The notes beneath the pieces were generated by a model, which saw nothing but the letters and a program-made list of their open reading frames with translations, searched no databases and was not told the origin of the DNA. Positions 1 through 8,225 of a stretch of DNA of 20,691 nucleotides are shown one piece after another. Positions within the stretch are counted from its first letter, which is position 1. Each line of letters opens with the position of its first letter. Made by a program: the position numbers and the translations under genes. Source of the DNA: Candidatus Eiseniibacteriota bacterium (GTDB lineage Bacteria; ARS69); NCBI GenBank assembly GCA_052390515.1, contig JBQTGV010000081.1, forward strand, positions 1 through 20,691. Reading direction: 5' to 3'.

Positions 1-2316
1 GGGGGGGGGCGCGCCCCCGGCCAGCCACGCGTTGTGGATCGAGAGCGCGTCGCCCGGCGTGACCGAACCGTCGCAGTCCGCGTCTGCGTTCTCCACTTCG
101 CAGCTCCCGTTCCCGTCGCACTGCGGATCGGCCGGCAGGGTGCCGCCGTTCAGGAAGATCTGCAACGCGCACAGCGCATCCTGCGGGGTGAGCGCTCCGT
201 CGGTGTTCACGTCCCCGGTTCCACTCGGACACTGCGTCAGCGTGAACGTCCCGCAACACGCGTTCAGCAGAGCGATGTCGTCGGTGAGGCCGGACAGGAT
301 GAGGTCCGTTTCCGTGCCGATGGCGCACGTGTCGCACAGGACGCGGAAGTGCAGCCTGGCGATGGACCCGGCGGACGAGGCCGGCACGCCGGTCACGCCG
401 AAGCCGCCGCAGGTCACGAGACCCGTCTGGTTCTCCTGTGCGCTCACCAGGAACCCCGGCGCGATCGCCCCCGCCTCCGCCGAATCGGCGAACTCGATGA
501 GCGTGCCGTCGTACGAGAGCTGGAAGCCGAACGACGTGATGGGTGCCGGGTTCGCCGCGATGTGCATGTCGACGACGAAGTCGAAGCCGATGCTGCCCTG
601 CGCATCGGCCGGGCGAATGGAAGGCGCCGCGCACGGCGCCGTGCAGTCGACGCGTCCCTGGCCGGTGAGCGGCACGACGAGGCTCGATTCGTCCGGGTCG
701 TCGCTCGTGATGGTGAGGCCGGCCTGGAACGCGCCGACGCTGTCGGGCAGGAACGCCAGCGGGACCGAGGCGCTCTCCGCCGGCGCGAGCACGAACGACG
801 AGAGGCCGGCGGAGAAGTACGGCGTCGAGGAGACGATGGACGAGACCGAGAGCGTGTCCTGCCCCACGTTCCTGACGTCGAGCGTTCGCCCTCCTTGTCC
901 TCCGACCGGAATGGCGCCGAAATCGAAGCTCGCCGCCGAGAGCGAGATGTCCGGCGCGCCAGTGAGCACGAGATGCACGGGCACGTCGACGACGGGGTTC
1001 AGCGGATCGTTGCTCCCGACGCGGACGTTCAGATCGAAGGCGCCTGCGGCGAGGCCGGCCGGATCGAACACGAGATCGACGAGCTGCGCGCCGCCCGCGG
1101 CCACCGTTCCGGTGCGGATCGGGGCGGTGAGCCAGGCGGCACCGGCGAGCCAGTCCACGGCCTGCTGCCCGAGGAGGAGGTTCTCCGCCCCGAGGAGAGC
1201 GGCGGTCGCCAGCGCCGGATCCTCCAGCACCTCGTCGGCGAAGACCAGCACACGGCCGATGCCCACCTCCTCGGCGGCCGCCACGCTCTTCCCGGTGGCG
1301 TCGTTCACCAGGGGCTGCGCCGGCTGCGGTACGGAGAGCGTGCGTGCGTTCACACCGATGTAGACGCTGCCGACTCCCTGGGTCACGGCGTGCGGGAGAA
1401 CCGCGCTCGTCGTCGTGCCGGAAGTGGCCAGGACCGACGAGGTGCGGATGCTCGAGCCGATCGCGGAGAGAAGCGCATCGTAGTGCCCGAGCGACGCGAG
1501 GTTGTCGCCGAGCAGGATGATCCCGCCGCCGTTCGACACCCACGTGGCGAGCACGCCGCGCTCCGCCGCCGTCCAGCCCGAGCCGACGTCGACCGACCAG
1601 TAGAGCCGGTAGCTGCCGAGCAACGTCGCGGTGATCGCCCCGGGCGATCCGGCGACCTCCGTGACCGTGGCGCCGCGCGCCTCCATGGAGTCGACCATCG
1701 CCGTCCAGGTGGTCGTGTTGATCTGCCCGTGCGACCGGTCCCACAGCACGTTCACGCCGTCGAGGCCGGCACGAAGCGGTCTTCGCCCCGCCACCGGGAC
1801 GACGGACACGGACCAGGAGAGGCTCGACGCCCCGGTGTTGGCGATGGAGAGCTGCCGCGTCTTCGTCTGCCCGGGACTCAGGGCCTCGCTCAGCGAATCG
1901 GGAGTGACCTGGATCACGGGCGGCGGGACGACGATCCCGCGCAGCGCGACCGCCACTTCCGGCTCGTCGGGGTCGTCGGTCGGGATGGTGAGCGTCGTCA
2001 AGGTGGTGCCGACGGACGCGGAGCGAAAGGAGACGTCGAGGTTCACGGTCGCGCCGGCGCCGAGCGTGAAGCCGGGCGGAATGCTCGGCACGCGGGATCC
2101 CGCGTCGAACGCCGGGTCGCCCACCGTGATCTCGCCGAAGGTGAGGGCTGCCGCGCCGAGGTTCTTCACCGAGAGCGTCCCCTGCGCCAGCGAGTCCGCC
2201 AGTACCGGCCCGAGCGTCAGCGAGAGCGGCGTCACGGAGATGTCGCCGCCGCCCCCCGCCGCAGCCGCCACGCCGGCGAGCACCGCCGACGCCGCGACCG
2301 CCCGCAGCGGAATCAC
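1..2316 (-). CDS. Secreted multidomain protein, 3' truncated (>772 aa): choice-of-anchor D/ASH Ig-like domains, inserted DUF4350/GATase-like domain, cohesin-like domain, dockerin-like domain
   Basis: Not in the ORF track because it has no stop in the window; translated by hand. GTG at 2316 overlaps the upstream TGA (GTGA) and the frame is open to base 1. Signal-like N-terminus MIPLRAVAASAVLAGVAAAA. Ig-repeat ends TLTIPTDDPDEPEVAVALRG, VGSNDPLNPVVDVPV and LTITSDDPDESSLVVPLTG. VLWDRSHGQ...WVSNGGGIILLGD. Cohesin-like ITSFGFQLSYDGTLIEF...ARLHFRV. Paired Ca-loops GDVNTDGALTPQDAL and ADADCDGSVTPGDAL. The + ORF 34..2322 is its codon-aligned antisense shadow. Confidence 0.88.
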   Translation of the reverse strand, partial: MIPLRAVAASAVLAGVAAAAGGGGDISVTPLSLTLGPVLADSLAQGTLSVKNLGAAALTFGEITVGDPAFDAGSRVPSIPPGFTLGAGATVNLDVSFRSASVGTTLTTLTIPTDDPDEPEVAVALRGIVVPPPVIQVTPDSLSEALSPGQTKTRQLSIANTGASSLSWSVSVVPVAGRRPLRAGLDGVNVLWDRSHGQINTTTWTAMVDSMEARGATVTEVAGSPGAITATLLGSYRLYWSVDVGSGWTAAERGVLATWVSNGGGIILLGDNLASLGHYDALLSAIGSSIRTSSVLATSGTTTSAVLPHAVTQGVGSVYIGVNARTLSVPQPAQPLVNDATGKSVAAAEEVGIGRVLVFADEVLEDPALATAALLGAENLLLGQQAVDWLAGAAWLTAPIRTGTVAAGGAQLVDLVFDPAGLAAGAFDLNVRVGSNDPLNPVVDVPVHLVLTGAPDISLSAASFDFGAIPVGGQGGRTLDVRNVGQDTLSVSSIVSSTPYFSAGLSSFVLAPAESASVPLAFLPDSVGAFQAGLTITSDDPDESSLVVPLTGQGRVDCTAPCAAPSIRPADAQGSIGFDFVVDMHIAANPAPITSFGFQLSYDGTLIEFADSAEAGAIAPGFLVSAQENQTGLVTCGGFGVTGVPASSAGSIARLHFRVLCDTCAIGTETDLILSGLTDDIALLNACCGTFTLTQCPSGTGDVNTDGALTPQDALCALQIFLNGGTLPADPQCDGNGSCEVENADADCDGSVTPGDALSIHNAWLAGGAPPP

Positions 2317-3416
2317 CGGTAGCGCGCCTTGACGGCGCCCCACGAGAGAGCTGTGACCGGCGTGTCGGGCTGCACCGTGCCGGTGACGGCGAACGGCCCC
2401 GCCCCCTGCGAGTAGCCCGACGCGACGAGATACACGCGCCGCGTCTGCGGGAGCAGGTTCGCCCACCGCACGGTGGAGCCGTCCGGGAGCGCATTGTCCC
2501 CCGCGACGCAGGAGCCCTGCGCGTCGGCGCAGTCGGTCACCAGGAACAGCGTGTCGTCCCAGCTCCCGACCGTGGTCATCGTGGCGACGATCTCGTGCAG
2601 GGTGGGAACGTCGAACACCCAGACGACGTCCTTCCCGGAGTGGCTGAACCCGGTGCAGCTTCCGGGCGTGGCGAGCGGGTAGTCCGGCGCGGCCAGCGAG
2701 TTGTCGCCGGAGAGGGCGAAGGCCCCCGCAGCCCCGATCACGTACTGCGGGTCGCCCGCGGCGCCGGCGCAGTCGTCGTTGATCGGCGCGGCGGGCGGGA
2801 TCAGGTAGCCGACGCGGACGTCATCCAGCGCGAGATCCGCGCCGCCCTTGCCTTTGTAGCGGAAGCGCAGCCAGAGGTTGCCGCCGACCCAGGAGCCGAT
2901 GTCGAGCACCGTCGCGCGCCAAGCCCAGCCGGTCTCCGCCAGATCCGACATCTTCCACAGCACGACCCACGTCGCGTTGTCGGCAGAGGCCTGCACGGAG
3001 AAGTCGGCGTTCGCCGCCCAGAACGGGTTCCCGTACCACCAGAGCTCCAGGCGCAGGCCGGGGCCGGGGGCGCCGGACAGATCGATGGCGGAGGTGGCGA
3101 GCAACTCGTCCTGGGTTCGCGTGCTCTGCCAGCGGATCAGGGCAGCGCCCGCCCCGGTGCGCACGTAGGCCGGATCGAACGTCTGGTGCCAGCGGTTCGG
3201 TCCGGTGACCGCGGGGTTGCCGGTGTTGGTCCAGCCCGCGGGAGGGAAGGCGGCCTCGAAGGCCTCGTCGATGAACTGGCCGCCGACCAGGGACTCGGCT
3301 CGGGGGGGCTCGGGCGCGGAAACGGGCGGGGTACGCTCCGTCGCGGAGGCAGCCGCCGGAAGGACCACCGCCGCCAGCAGACCCGGGAACCCCGGGAGCC
3401 GACCACCACAGCTCAT
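2313..3416 (-). CDS. Secreted protein with cleaved-adhesin/choice-of-anchor J (MAM-like) domain, PPC-like domain and C-terminal SWGAVKARYR motif
   Basis: ORF 2313..3467; ATG 3416 preferred because GGAGG lies upstream and a signal peptide follows (LLAAVVLPAAASA). EAFEAAFPPAGW...QDELLATSAIDLS...LRFRY...LALDDVRV fits a cleaved-adhesin-like jelly roll. PINDDC...GKDVVW...WDDTLFL...YLVASGY is PPC-like. Confidence 0.75.
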   Translation of the reverse strand: MSCGGRLPGFPGLLAAVVLPAAASATERTPPVSAPEPPRAESLVGGQFIDEAFEAAFPPAGWTNTGNPAVTGPNRWHQTFDPAYVRTGAGAALIRWQSTRTQDELLATSAIDLSGAPGPGLRLELWWYGNPFWAANADFSVQASADNATWVVLWKMSDLAETGWAWRATVLDIGSWVGGNLWLRFRYKGKGGADLALDDVRVGYLIPPAAPINDDCAGAAGDPQYVIGAAGAFALSGDNSLAAPDYPLATPGSCTGFSHSGKDVVWVFDVPTLHEIVATMTTVGSWDDTLFLVTDCADAQGSCVAGDNALPDGSTVRWANLLPQTRRVYLVASGYSQGAGPFAVTGTVQPDTPVTALSWGAVKARYR

Positions 3417-3462
3417 CCCCACCCACCTCCGGCCGAATCGCGCGCCTCGCCGGAACGCCGGC

Positions 3463-3468
3463 AGCATA
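3463..3468 (-). promoter_or_regulatory. Putative -10 element (TATGCT) for the 3416 gene
   Basis: TANNNT hexamer in the short intergenic gap; it contains the ORF-track ATG 3467. No convincing -35. Confidence 0.35.
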
Positions 3469-3541
3469 TCGAGGGGTCCCGGGGGGGAACAGCGAAAACC
3501 GCGGCGGACTCAGGGTGCGGCGGGTGCGCTTCCGCGCGGCC

Positions 3542-5611
3542 TCAGCGGCGGACGACCACCTGTTGCGAGAGGCGTCCGTCCGGTGCGGCGAGGCGCACCC
3601 AATAGACCCCGGACGCGACCGGCGCGCCCGCCCCGTCCCTGCCGTCCCACCAGAGGGCGCGGGACCCCGCGGTCTGCGTCCCGCTCCACAGGGAGCGGAT
3701 CTCCCGCCCCGCGACGTCGTGGACCGAGACGCGCACCTCGCCGGGGCGCGAGAGGAAGTAGCGGATCTGCGTGAGATCCCGGACCGGATTGGGCGCCGGC
3801 GGATGCAGGGCGAAGGCCTGCGCGGCAGCCGCCTCCGGGCCCCAGTCGGCGGAGGTCGGCGCCAGGAATTGCTCGTCGAGGATCCAGTCGTCCGGGTCCA
3901 CCTCGAGCCCGGTCGGCTGCGCGCTCACGACGAAGGAGAACTCGTGCTCGGCGGAGTCCACGCGCTCGGAGAAGTCGAAGTCTCCGGAACCGGTCTGCAC
4001 GCGGAGGTCCACGGGCATGTCGAAGAGGCTCGCCGTGGTCTGCACCTGGCGGATGATCACGTCGACCTGCCACTGCCCGCCGCCCAGGTCCTCGGCCGAC
4101 CACCCGTACTCGTAGTGCGGGTGTCCCTCGCCGTACAGCCAGGGGTCGAAGAACCAGCTCATGTCCTCGCCGACCGTGGAGCTGACCGAAGTCACGAAGT
4201 CGGCGCTCTCCGCGTTGCCGTACTCGTGCGCCTGCAGGAAGTCACGGAGCGCCTGCCAGAACAGCGGGTCGTCGTCCAGCACGCCGCGCAGCATGTGCAG
4301 GACGCAGCCGCCCTTCTCGTAGTTGATGACCCCCCACTTCTCCGTCGGATCCACGACGCCGTCGACGATCCCGGAGTTGATCACCGGGTTCATCAGGCGA
4401 CTCGTCACGTGCGAGTGGTAGGCGCCCATCCCGCTCTGGTGCTCGAAGAACACCGCCTCGCTGTACGTGGCAAATCCCTCGGAGAGCCAGATGTGATGCC
4501 AGTCGGCGTACGTCACGCAGTCCCCGAACCACTGGTGGCCCATCTCGTGCGCCAGGATGTCGTCGTGCGAGTTCGTGCTGTCCACCAGGCTGATGGCGTG
4601 GCTCACGCAGGTCTGGTGCTCCATGTCCCCGATCGTCGTGGTCATGAAGGCGAACTTGTCGAACGGGTAGGGTCCGTAGCGGGACTCGAACGCCTGCATC
4701 ATCAAGTCCACGTACTGGAAGCTGACCTCGGAGGCGGCCTTGAATCCCGGGCTGTGGTACACGGTGATCCGCGGATCCGTGACGATCGTGTTCGACAGCG
4801 TCCGGTATGGCGCGACCGCGACGGCGATGAGGTACGTGCTGATGGGGAAGTCGTGCGACCAGTGCCAGGTGTGCCTCGTGGCGGTCGAGTCCACGCCGGT
4901 CAGCAGCCCGTTGGCGACCGCTACCTGCGAGAGCGGCGTCTCGATGTTCAGGTCCACCGTCGCCTTGTCGCAGGGCCAGTCGTAGCAAGGGAACCAGGAG
5001 AAGCCCATCGAAGGAGGATCCGCGGTGAGGCCCACCCCCATGGAGAACGCCACCTTGGGAATGAGCGACCACCAGAACCCGCCGAAACCGCCGCCGCCTT
5101 CGTTCGCCGGAAGTCCGGAGTAGGCGACGTCCACCACGACCGTGTCGCCGGTGTTCGCCGGTGCGGCCAGGGTCACGCCGAGGACGTCGCCCGCGTGCGT
5201 GAACCCCGTCGTTCCGTTCGGCGTCACCGTCACGGACGACACGGCCAGCTGCGTCGTCAGGTTCAGGTCGATCTGACCGAGGCCGTCGATCGTGGACGCG
5301 AGCGTGATCACGGTGTTGCCGTCGAGGATGGAGACGGCCGGGTCGAGGTTGTCGAAGTTCAGCTCGTAGTGCAGCACATCGAAGTCGTGCGGGCATCCGT
5401 CGACGGTTCGAGCGGCTGCGTGAGCCGGCTCGGTCCGGGAGCGCCAGCTCATCAGGGGATCCCGCGGGTCGGCGAGCGCATCGCCGGCCACCAGGCGGTG
5501 CCGCGCGGTGTGGCCGCCCCAGGTCCCCCCGGGAGCCGCCGCTCCCTCACCGGGGAACGAGGCCAGCAGCGCGGGGGCCGCCAGCAGGGCGAAGCACGAG
5601 GCGAGGCGCAT
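3542..5611 (-). CDS. Secreted M1 family zinc aminopeptidase with C-terminal FlgD-Ig (T9SS-CTD-like) domain
   Basis: HEMGH-x18-E zinc motif (AHEMGHQWFGD...WLSEGFATY), GXMEN-like GDMEH, YEKGGCVLHMLR. C-terminus PAPNPVRD...WDGRDGAGAPVASGVYWVRL. ATG 5611 gives signal peptide MRLASCFALLAAPALLA; the longer ORF-track start overlaps the ZIP gene. Confidence 0.93.
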   Translation of the reverse strand: MRLASCFALLAAPALLASFPGEGAAAPGGTWGGHTARHRLVAGDALADPRDPLMSWRSRTEPAHAAARTVDGCPHDFDVLHYELNFDNLDPAVSILDGNTVITLASTIDGLGQIDLNLTTQLAVSSVTVTPNGTTGFTHAGDVLGVTLAAPANTGDTVVVDVAYSGLPANEGGGGFGGFWWSLIPKVAFSMGVGLTADPPSMGFSWFPCYDWPCDKATVDLNIETPLSQVAVANGLLTGVDSTATRHTWHWSHDFPISTYLIAVAVAPYRTLSNTIVTDPRITVYHSPGFKAASEVSFQYVDLMMQAFESRYGPYPFDKFAFMTTTIGDMEHQTCVSHAISLVDSTNSHDDILAHEMGHQWFGDCVTYADWHHIWLSEGFATYSEAVFFEHQSGMGAYHSHVTSRLMNPVINSGIVDGVVDPTEKWGVINYEKGGCVLHMLRGVLDDDPLFWQALRDFLQAHEYGNAESADFVTSVSSTVGEDMSWFFDPWLYGEGHPHYEYGWSAEDLGGGQWQVDVIIRQVQTTASLFDMPVDLRVQTGSGDFDFSERVDSAEHEFSFVVSAQPTGLEVDPDDWILDEQFLAPTSADWGPEAAAAQAFALHPPAPNPVRDLTQIRYFLSRPGEVRVSVHDVAGREIRSLWSGTQTAGSRALWWDGRDGAGAPVASGVYWVRLAAPDGRLSQQVVVRR

Positions 5612-5626
5612 GGACGCAGGATACCA
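5612..5626 (-). promoter_or_regulatory. Extended -10 promoter (TGgTATCCT), leaderless configuration
   Basis: TATCCT (5623-5618) is preceded by TG-n and followed by 6 nt and then ATG 5611; no SD. Confidence 0.55.
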
Positions 5627-5694
5627 CGCCCGGGCTGTCGGGGAGGTCGGCCGAACCTCCGACTCCCAGGTGCCGGGCGGTGGGCGTGGGGCGC

Positions 5695-6411
5695 TCAGTG
5701 CCCCAGGGTCATGATGGCGATGCCGGCGAACAGCGCCGCCAGGTTCCGGTAGCGCCCCTCCGGGGCGGAGTGGATCTGCGGCAGGAGATCCGCCGTGGCG
5801 ATGGCCAGGAAAGTGCCCGCGGAGAAGGCGATGGCGTAGTGCACCCCGGTTCCGGTCAGCCCGGAGAGTGCGCTGTACGAGAGGAGCGCACCGACCGGCG
5901 GCGCCAGCGAGAACAGGACGCTCATGAGGGCGATGCGTCGCTTGGGGTACTGGCAGTGCAGCAGGATCCCGGTCAGGGACAGGGACGAGGGCAGCTTGTG
6001 CAGCACGATGGCCAGCGTCACCGCCGTGGCCACTTCCGGCATGGTGAGCCCGGCGCCGAGCGCCAGCCCGTCGATCAGCGCGTGCAGGGTGATCCCCGCG
6101 AAGGCCGCCATGCCCATGTGGTGGAAGTTGCAGTGCTCCTCCTCGCAGGGGTGCAGCATGATGAACCGTTCCAGCACGTAGATGAGCAGGAAGCCGATGA
6201 GCACGGGCGTGCCCACCGACGCGCCGATGCCCTCGATGGCCTCCGGGATCATGTGGAAGAACGAAGCGCCCAGCAGCACGCCGGTCCCGAACGCCAGCAG
6301 CACGCGGATGGAGCGGCGGTCCCACTCCCTCGCCAGGGGTAGCAGTCCGCCGCCGAGAGACAGCAGCATGACCGACCCCAGCGCAACGACCAGTCGAAGA
6401 GGCTCGCTCAT
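5695..6411 (-). CDS. ZIP (ZupT-like) family metal transporter
   Basis: About 8 TM helices; AFGTGVLLGASFFHMIPEA, His/Cys loop HPCEEEHCNFHH, TM4 HALIDGLALG, TM5 HKLP, FSAGTFLAIATADLLP. ATGA overlap with the hflK stop. Confidence 0.93.
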   Translation of the reverse strand: MSEPLRLVVALGSVMLLSLGGGLLPLAREWDRRSIRVLLAFGTGVLLGASFFHMIPEAIEGIGASVGTPVLIGFLLIYVLERFIMLHPCEEEHCNFHHMGMAAFAGITLHALIDGLALGAGLTMPEVATAVTLAIVLHKLPSSLSLTGILLHCQYPKRRIALMSVLFSLAPPVGALLSYSALSGLTGTGVHYAIAFSAGTFLAIATADLLPQIHSAPEGRYRNLAALFAGIAIMTLGH

Positions 6412-7331
6412 TCCGGTGCCTGGCTCCCGAGGTCGAGGATCTTGAGATCGAACCGCGGCGCCTTGCCGCCGTCGATGACGTATCGCTTGGTCCGCGGCAG
6501 CACCGTCTCCAGCGTCTCCAGGTACAGGCGCCGCCTGGTCGCGCTCGGAGCCTTGCGGTACTCCGCCAGCACCGAGAGGAACCGCGCGGCTTCACCGGTC
6601 GCGGCGGCGATGCGCGTGTCCCGATCGCCCTGTCCGCGCTCGGCGATCCACCTCGCCTCGCCGCGGGCCCGCGGGATCACCGAGTTGGCGTACCCGTTGG
6701 CTTCGTTGATGACCCGCTCGCGGTCGGCCACGGCGTTGGACACGTCGCGGAACACGTCGATCACCTGGCTCGGCGGATCCACCGAGAGCAGACTGACCGA
6801 GGCGACGGCGATCCCCAGCCCGAGCTCGTCGGCCCGCTCCTGCGTGCGCCGGCGCACTTCCTGGGAGAGGAGCGCGCGGCCGCTGGTGAAAGCGTCGTCC
6901 ACGCTCATCGCCCCGAGCACGTCGGTCAGCGCCGCCTCGGCGATCGTCGCCATGAGGAATTGCGCGCCCTCCATGCGGTACAGGTACCTGGCGAGGTCGA
7001 CCACGGTGTACTGGATCATCACCTTCACCGAAACGATGTTCGTGTCGCCGGTGAGCCAGAGCGAGAGCTCCTCCGGGGAGGGGATCCCGCGGAGGTAGTC
7101 CCGCGTCACCATGCCGACTCCCATCTTGTACACGGTCGTGGTCTGGAACTTCGCGTGGCTCTCGAAGGGGTATGGCATCCGCCAGTGCAGCCCCGACGGG
7201 ACGGCATGCTCGGTCACGCGGCCGAAGCGCTTCACGACGGCCAGCTCCTCGGGCTCCACCTTGTAGAAGCCGGAGAGAAGCCACAAGGCGACGACCGCCA
7301 GCGGAGCGAAACGGAGCCAGCGCTGGATCAC
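6408..7331 (-). CDS. hflK: HflK-like SPFH/band-7 membrane protein
   Basis: Single N-terminal TM; VVKRFG...SGLHWRMPYPFE, LTGDTNIV, VDPPSQVIDVFRDV, EANGYANSVIPRARGEA, YRKAPSATRRRLYLETLE are HflK hallmarks. GTGA overlap with the hflC stop. Confidence 0.92.
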   Translation of the reverse strand: MIQRWLRFAPLAVVALWLLSGFYKVEPEELAVVKRFGRVTEHAVPSGLHWRMPYPFESHAKFQTTTVYKMGVGMVTRDYLRGIPSPEELSLWLTGDTNIVSVKVMIQYTVVDLARYLYRMEGAQFLMATIAEAALTDVLGAMSVDDAFTSGRALLSQEVRRRTQERADELGLGIAVASVSLLSVDPPSQVIDVFRDVSNAVADRERVINEANGYANSVIPRARGEARWIAERGQGDRDTRIAAATGEAARFLSVLAEYRKAPSATRRRLYLETLETVLPRTKRYVIDGGKAPRFDLKILDLGSQAPE

Positions 7332-8221
7332 TTGTCCCCCCGCGAACCACCCGCACCGTCCATCAGCGGGCGCATGAGCTCCGAGTCCGAGGGCAGGACG
7401 AACGTCGTCTGATCGTCGAGGAACTTGCGGTACGCCTCGAGCGTGCGGGTGAACTCGTAGAACTCCGGGTCCTTGGCGATGGCCGCACCGAAGATGCGCG
7501 TCGCCTCGGCCTCACCCTCGCCGCGCAGGATCTCCGCCTGCTGGTACGCCTCGGCGAGGATCTGACTCTCCTCGCGGTCGGCCTGTGCGCGGATCTTGCG
7601 CGCCTCCTCCTCGCCCTCGGAGCGGTACCCCCGCGCGATGCGCTCACGTTCCGCGCGCATGCGTTCGAACACGCTGCGGCGGTTCTGGTCCGGGAAGGAG
7701 AGCCGCCGCACGTCGAAGTCGAGGACCTCGATGCCGAAGCGCGAGCGGGCCACTTCCCGCAGCTGCTGCTCGATGGCCTGCACCATGGTCGAGAGCGTCC
7801 GCTTCTCCGCCTCCGTGTTGATGAGCTGGTCGAAGGGAACGACCGCCAGGGAAGCGCCCAGCTCGGAGGCGAGCACGTCGGTGAGCTGGCTCCGGGCGGC
7901 GGCCTCCGACGGGACGGCTCGGAAGTACTGCAGCGGATCGGCCACGCGCCACACGGCGAAGTAGCTCACCACGACGTTCTTCTTGTCGTTGGTGAGGAAC
8001 TCGCCTTGCTGGGGCTCGAGCACCTGCAGGCGGGCGTCGAAGCGCCGCACCTGGTGGACGATCGGGATCCGGAAACGGAGCCCCGGTTCGGTGACGACCT
8101 GCACGGGATTGCCGAAGCGGGTCACCACCGCGGTTTCGGTCACGTCCACGGTGAAGAACGACCCCCAAAGCAGCGCCGCCGCGACGGCGAGCGCCGCGAG
8201 GACCATCCTTGCGTTCGTCAC
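7328..8221 (-). CDS. hflC: HflC-like SPFH/band-7 membrane protein
   Basis: N-terminal TM; AVVTRFGNPV, FDARLQ, FLTNDKKNVVV, VFERMRAERERIARGYRSEGEEEA, KDPEFYEFTRTLEAY are HflC hallmarks. Confidence 0.95.
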   Translation of the reverse strand: MTNARMVLAALAVAAALLWGSFFTVDVTETAVVTRFGNPVQVVTEPGLRFRIPIVHQVRRFDARLQVLEPQQGEFLTNDKKNVVVSYFAVWRVADPLQYFRAVPSEAAARSQLTDVLASELGASLAVVPFDQLINTEAEKRTLSTMVQAIEQQLREVARSRFGIEVLDFDVRRLSFPDQNRRSVFERMRAERERIARGYRSEGEEEARKIRAQADREESQILAEAYQQAEILRGEGEAEATRIFGAAIAKDPEFYEFTRTLEAYRKFLDDQTTFVLPSDSELMRPLMDGAGGSRGDK

Positions 8222-8225
8222 TGCG

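Noticed and set aside
1-9. G9 homopolymer as a phase-variation tract
   Set aside because: It lies at the window edge and encodes Pro-Pro-Pro in frame; its true length and context cannot be seen.
32-2332. Long plus-strand ORFs 32..1363, 34..2322 and 1631..2332
   Set aside because: Antisense shadows of the real minus-strand gene; R/G/A- or S/P/T-rich with no motifs.
5612-6595. 328 aa N-terminal extension of the M1 peptidase (ORF 3542..6595)
   Set aside because: It overlaps the ZIP and hflK genes in another frame and is low-complexity; the signal peptide and promoter point to ATG 5611.
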